DNA of 64,000 nucleotides from NCBI RefSeq assembly GCF_058153355.1, contig NZ_CM177019.1; one strand, 5' to 3'. Shown piece by piece: positions 62,916 to 64,000 of this stretch (position 1 is its first letter; each line of letters starts with the position of its first letter). The notes under the pieces were generated by a model. It saw only the letters and a program-made list of their open reading frames with translations, ran no database searches and was not told where the DNA came from. The position numbers and the translations under genes were made by a program.

Positions 62916-64000
62916 TGAACAAAATTTTTAAAGTTATCTGGAATCCAGCGACGGGCAGCTATAGCGTTGCCAGCGAAACGGCGAAAAGTCGCGGAAAGAA
63001 GAGCGGGCGCAGTAAGCTGTTAATTTCTGCATTGGTTGCGGGTGGATTACTCTCATCAGTTGGGGCCAATGCTTCGGTTTCACTTGACGGTGGTAAAAGC
63101 GCAGAGGCAACGCCACTCAGTAATGACTGGATTGCCATTGGTAAAGGTGCTGTCGCATCATCAGAGCCAAAGGGTTCAGGAACAGCGAATACAGGAAGTG
63201 TTGCGGTAGGGATAGGTTCGACCGCCGGGGTGGGCAGTACTGCAATTGGCTTCTCAAGTAACTCATCAGGAGAAAGATCGGTTGGCTTAGGGCAATCAAC
63301 GGTATCAACGGGTAGCCGAGCTATCGCCATCGGCAGTGCAGCTAAAGCCACCAGCGATTATAGCCTCGCACTGGGGAACGCTGCTCAAGCTAAAGGCGAA
63401 GGTGCCATGGCGTTGGGCAAGGATACGGTAGCAAGTGCTGAGTATTCTCTTGCATTAGGGAGATTAGCAAATGCGTCAGGAACTAACTCCATTGCCACAG
63501 GCAATGAGAGTACTGCTAGTGGTGAAGACAGCCTCGCAGTAGGTAGACTGTCCGTCGCCAGCGCCGCAAACGCGGTTGCAATCGGCGCAGAGACCGAAGC
63601 CGCTGAAAATGCAACGGCAGTGGGTACTAAAGCGGAGGCAAATGGGCTTAACAGTATCGCGTTGGGCTACGGGAGTATTGCTAATACCGATAACACGATT
63701 GCTCTGGGTAATCAAAGCCAGGCAATCGCTGCGGGCGCCATTGCCATCGGTCAAGGTAACAAAGCTGACGGCGTAAATGCAATCGCACTGGGAAATGGGA
63801 GTATTACCGGTGGGGCAAATGCCATTGCTCTTGGACAAGGCAGTTATGCCGGTTTAGAAAATGGCATTGCAATTGGTGCTCAGGCCACTGCTCAAGGTAA
63901 AAATTCAATTGCTCTGGGGGCTGGTTCTGTCGCGACTGAAGCGGATACTGTCTCCGTGGGTAACACAACAGCTCAGCGAAAAATTGTCAATATGGCAAAA
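62916..64000 (+). CDS. Trimeric autotransporter adhesin (YadA-like; EhaG/UpaG-type), 5' portion; continues past window end
   Basis: Extended signal peptide region [29 protein letters not shown]…[19 protein letters not shown] followed by repetitive SxGxxSxAxGxxAxA head/neck-type repeats (…[17 protein letters not shown]…[35 protein letters not shown]…). Confidence 0.8.

Overview
This window is an Escherichia coli chromosomal segment, syntenic with the K-12 xylA–yibL region, carrying several strain-specific insertions. The conserved backbone is xylA (partial), xylFGH, xylR, bax, malS, avtA, ysaA, yiaJ, the yiaK–sgbE operon, yiaTUVW, aldB, yiaY, selB, selA, yibF, yibH, yibI, mtlA, mtlD, mtlR, yibT and yibL. 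The most interesting part is 38.2–54.6 kb, where the position occupied by rhsA in K-12 holds three vgrG genes (type VI secretion spike) and no Rhs core. Each vgrG is followed by a different toxin/immunity cassette: an HExxH metallopeptidase-like effector, a large lysozyme-like (GH19-type) peptidoglycan hydrolase effector with an EF-hand, a VgrG fused to a colicin E9-type HNH DNase with an Im9-like immunity gene, and an orphan muramidase-like toxin module. These are interleaved with one near-complete and two degraded ISAs1 (H-repeat) elements and about 0.9 kb near-identical vgrG repeats. No T6SS core genes are in the window. Other accessory features are an IS621 (IS110 family) element with its 5' bridge-RNA leader inserted in a REP between avtA and ysaA, an AraC/MFS/GH127 sugar-utilisation island, a hicAB toxin–antitoxin pair, and a lipoprotein plus trimeric autotransporter adhesin after yibL. 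Several genes carry single-base or small lesions (yiaM, aldB, vgrG-3, the GH127 gene, the ISAs1 transposase, sgbE) that are either real pseudogenisation or assembly errors. No rRNA, tRNA or CRISPR array was found. All family assignments are from reading the translated ORFs and from recalled motifs and reference sequences; no database search was run.
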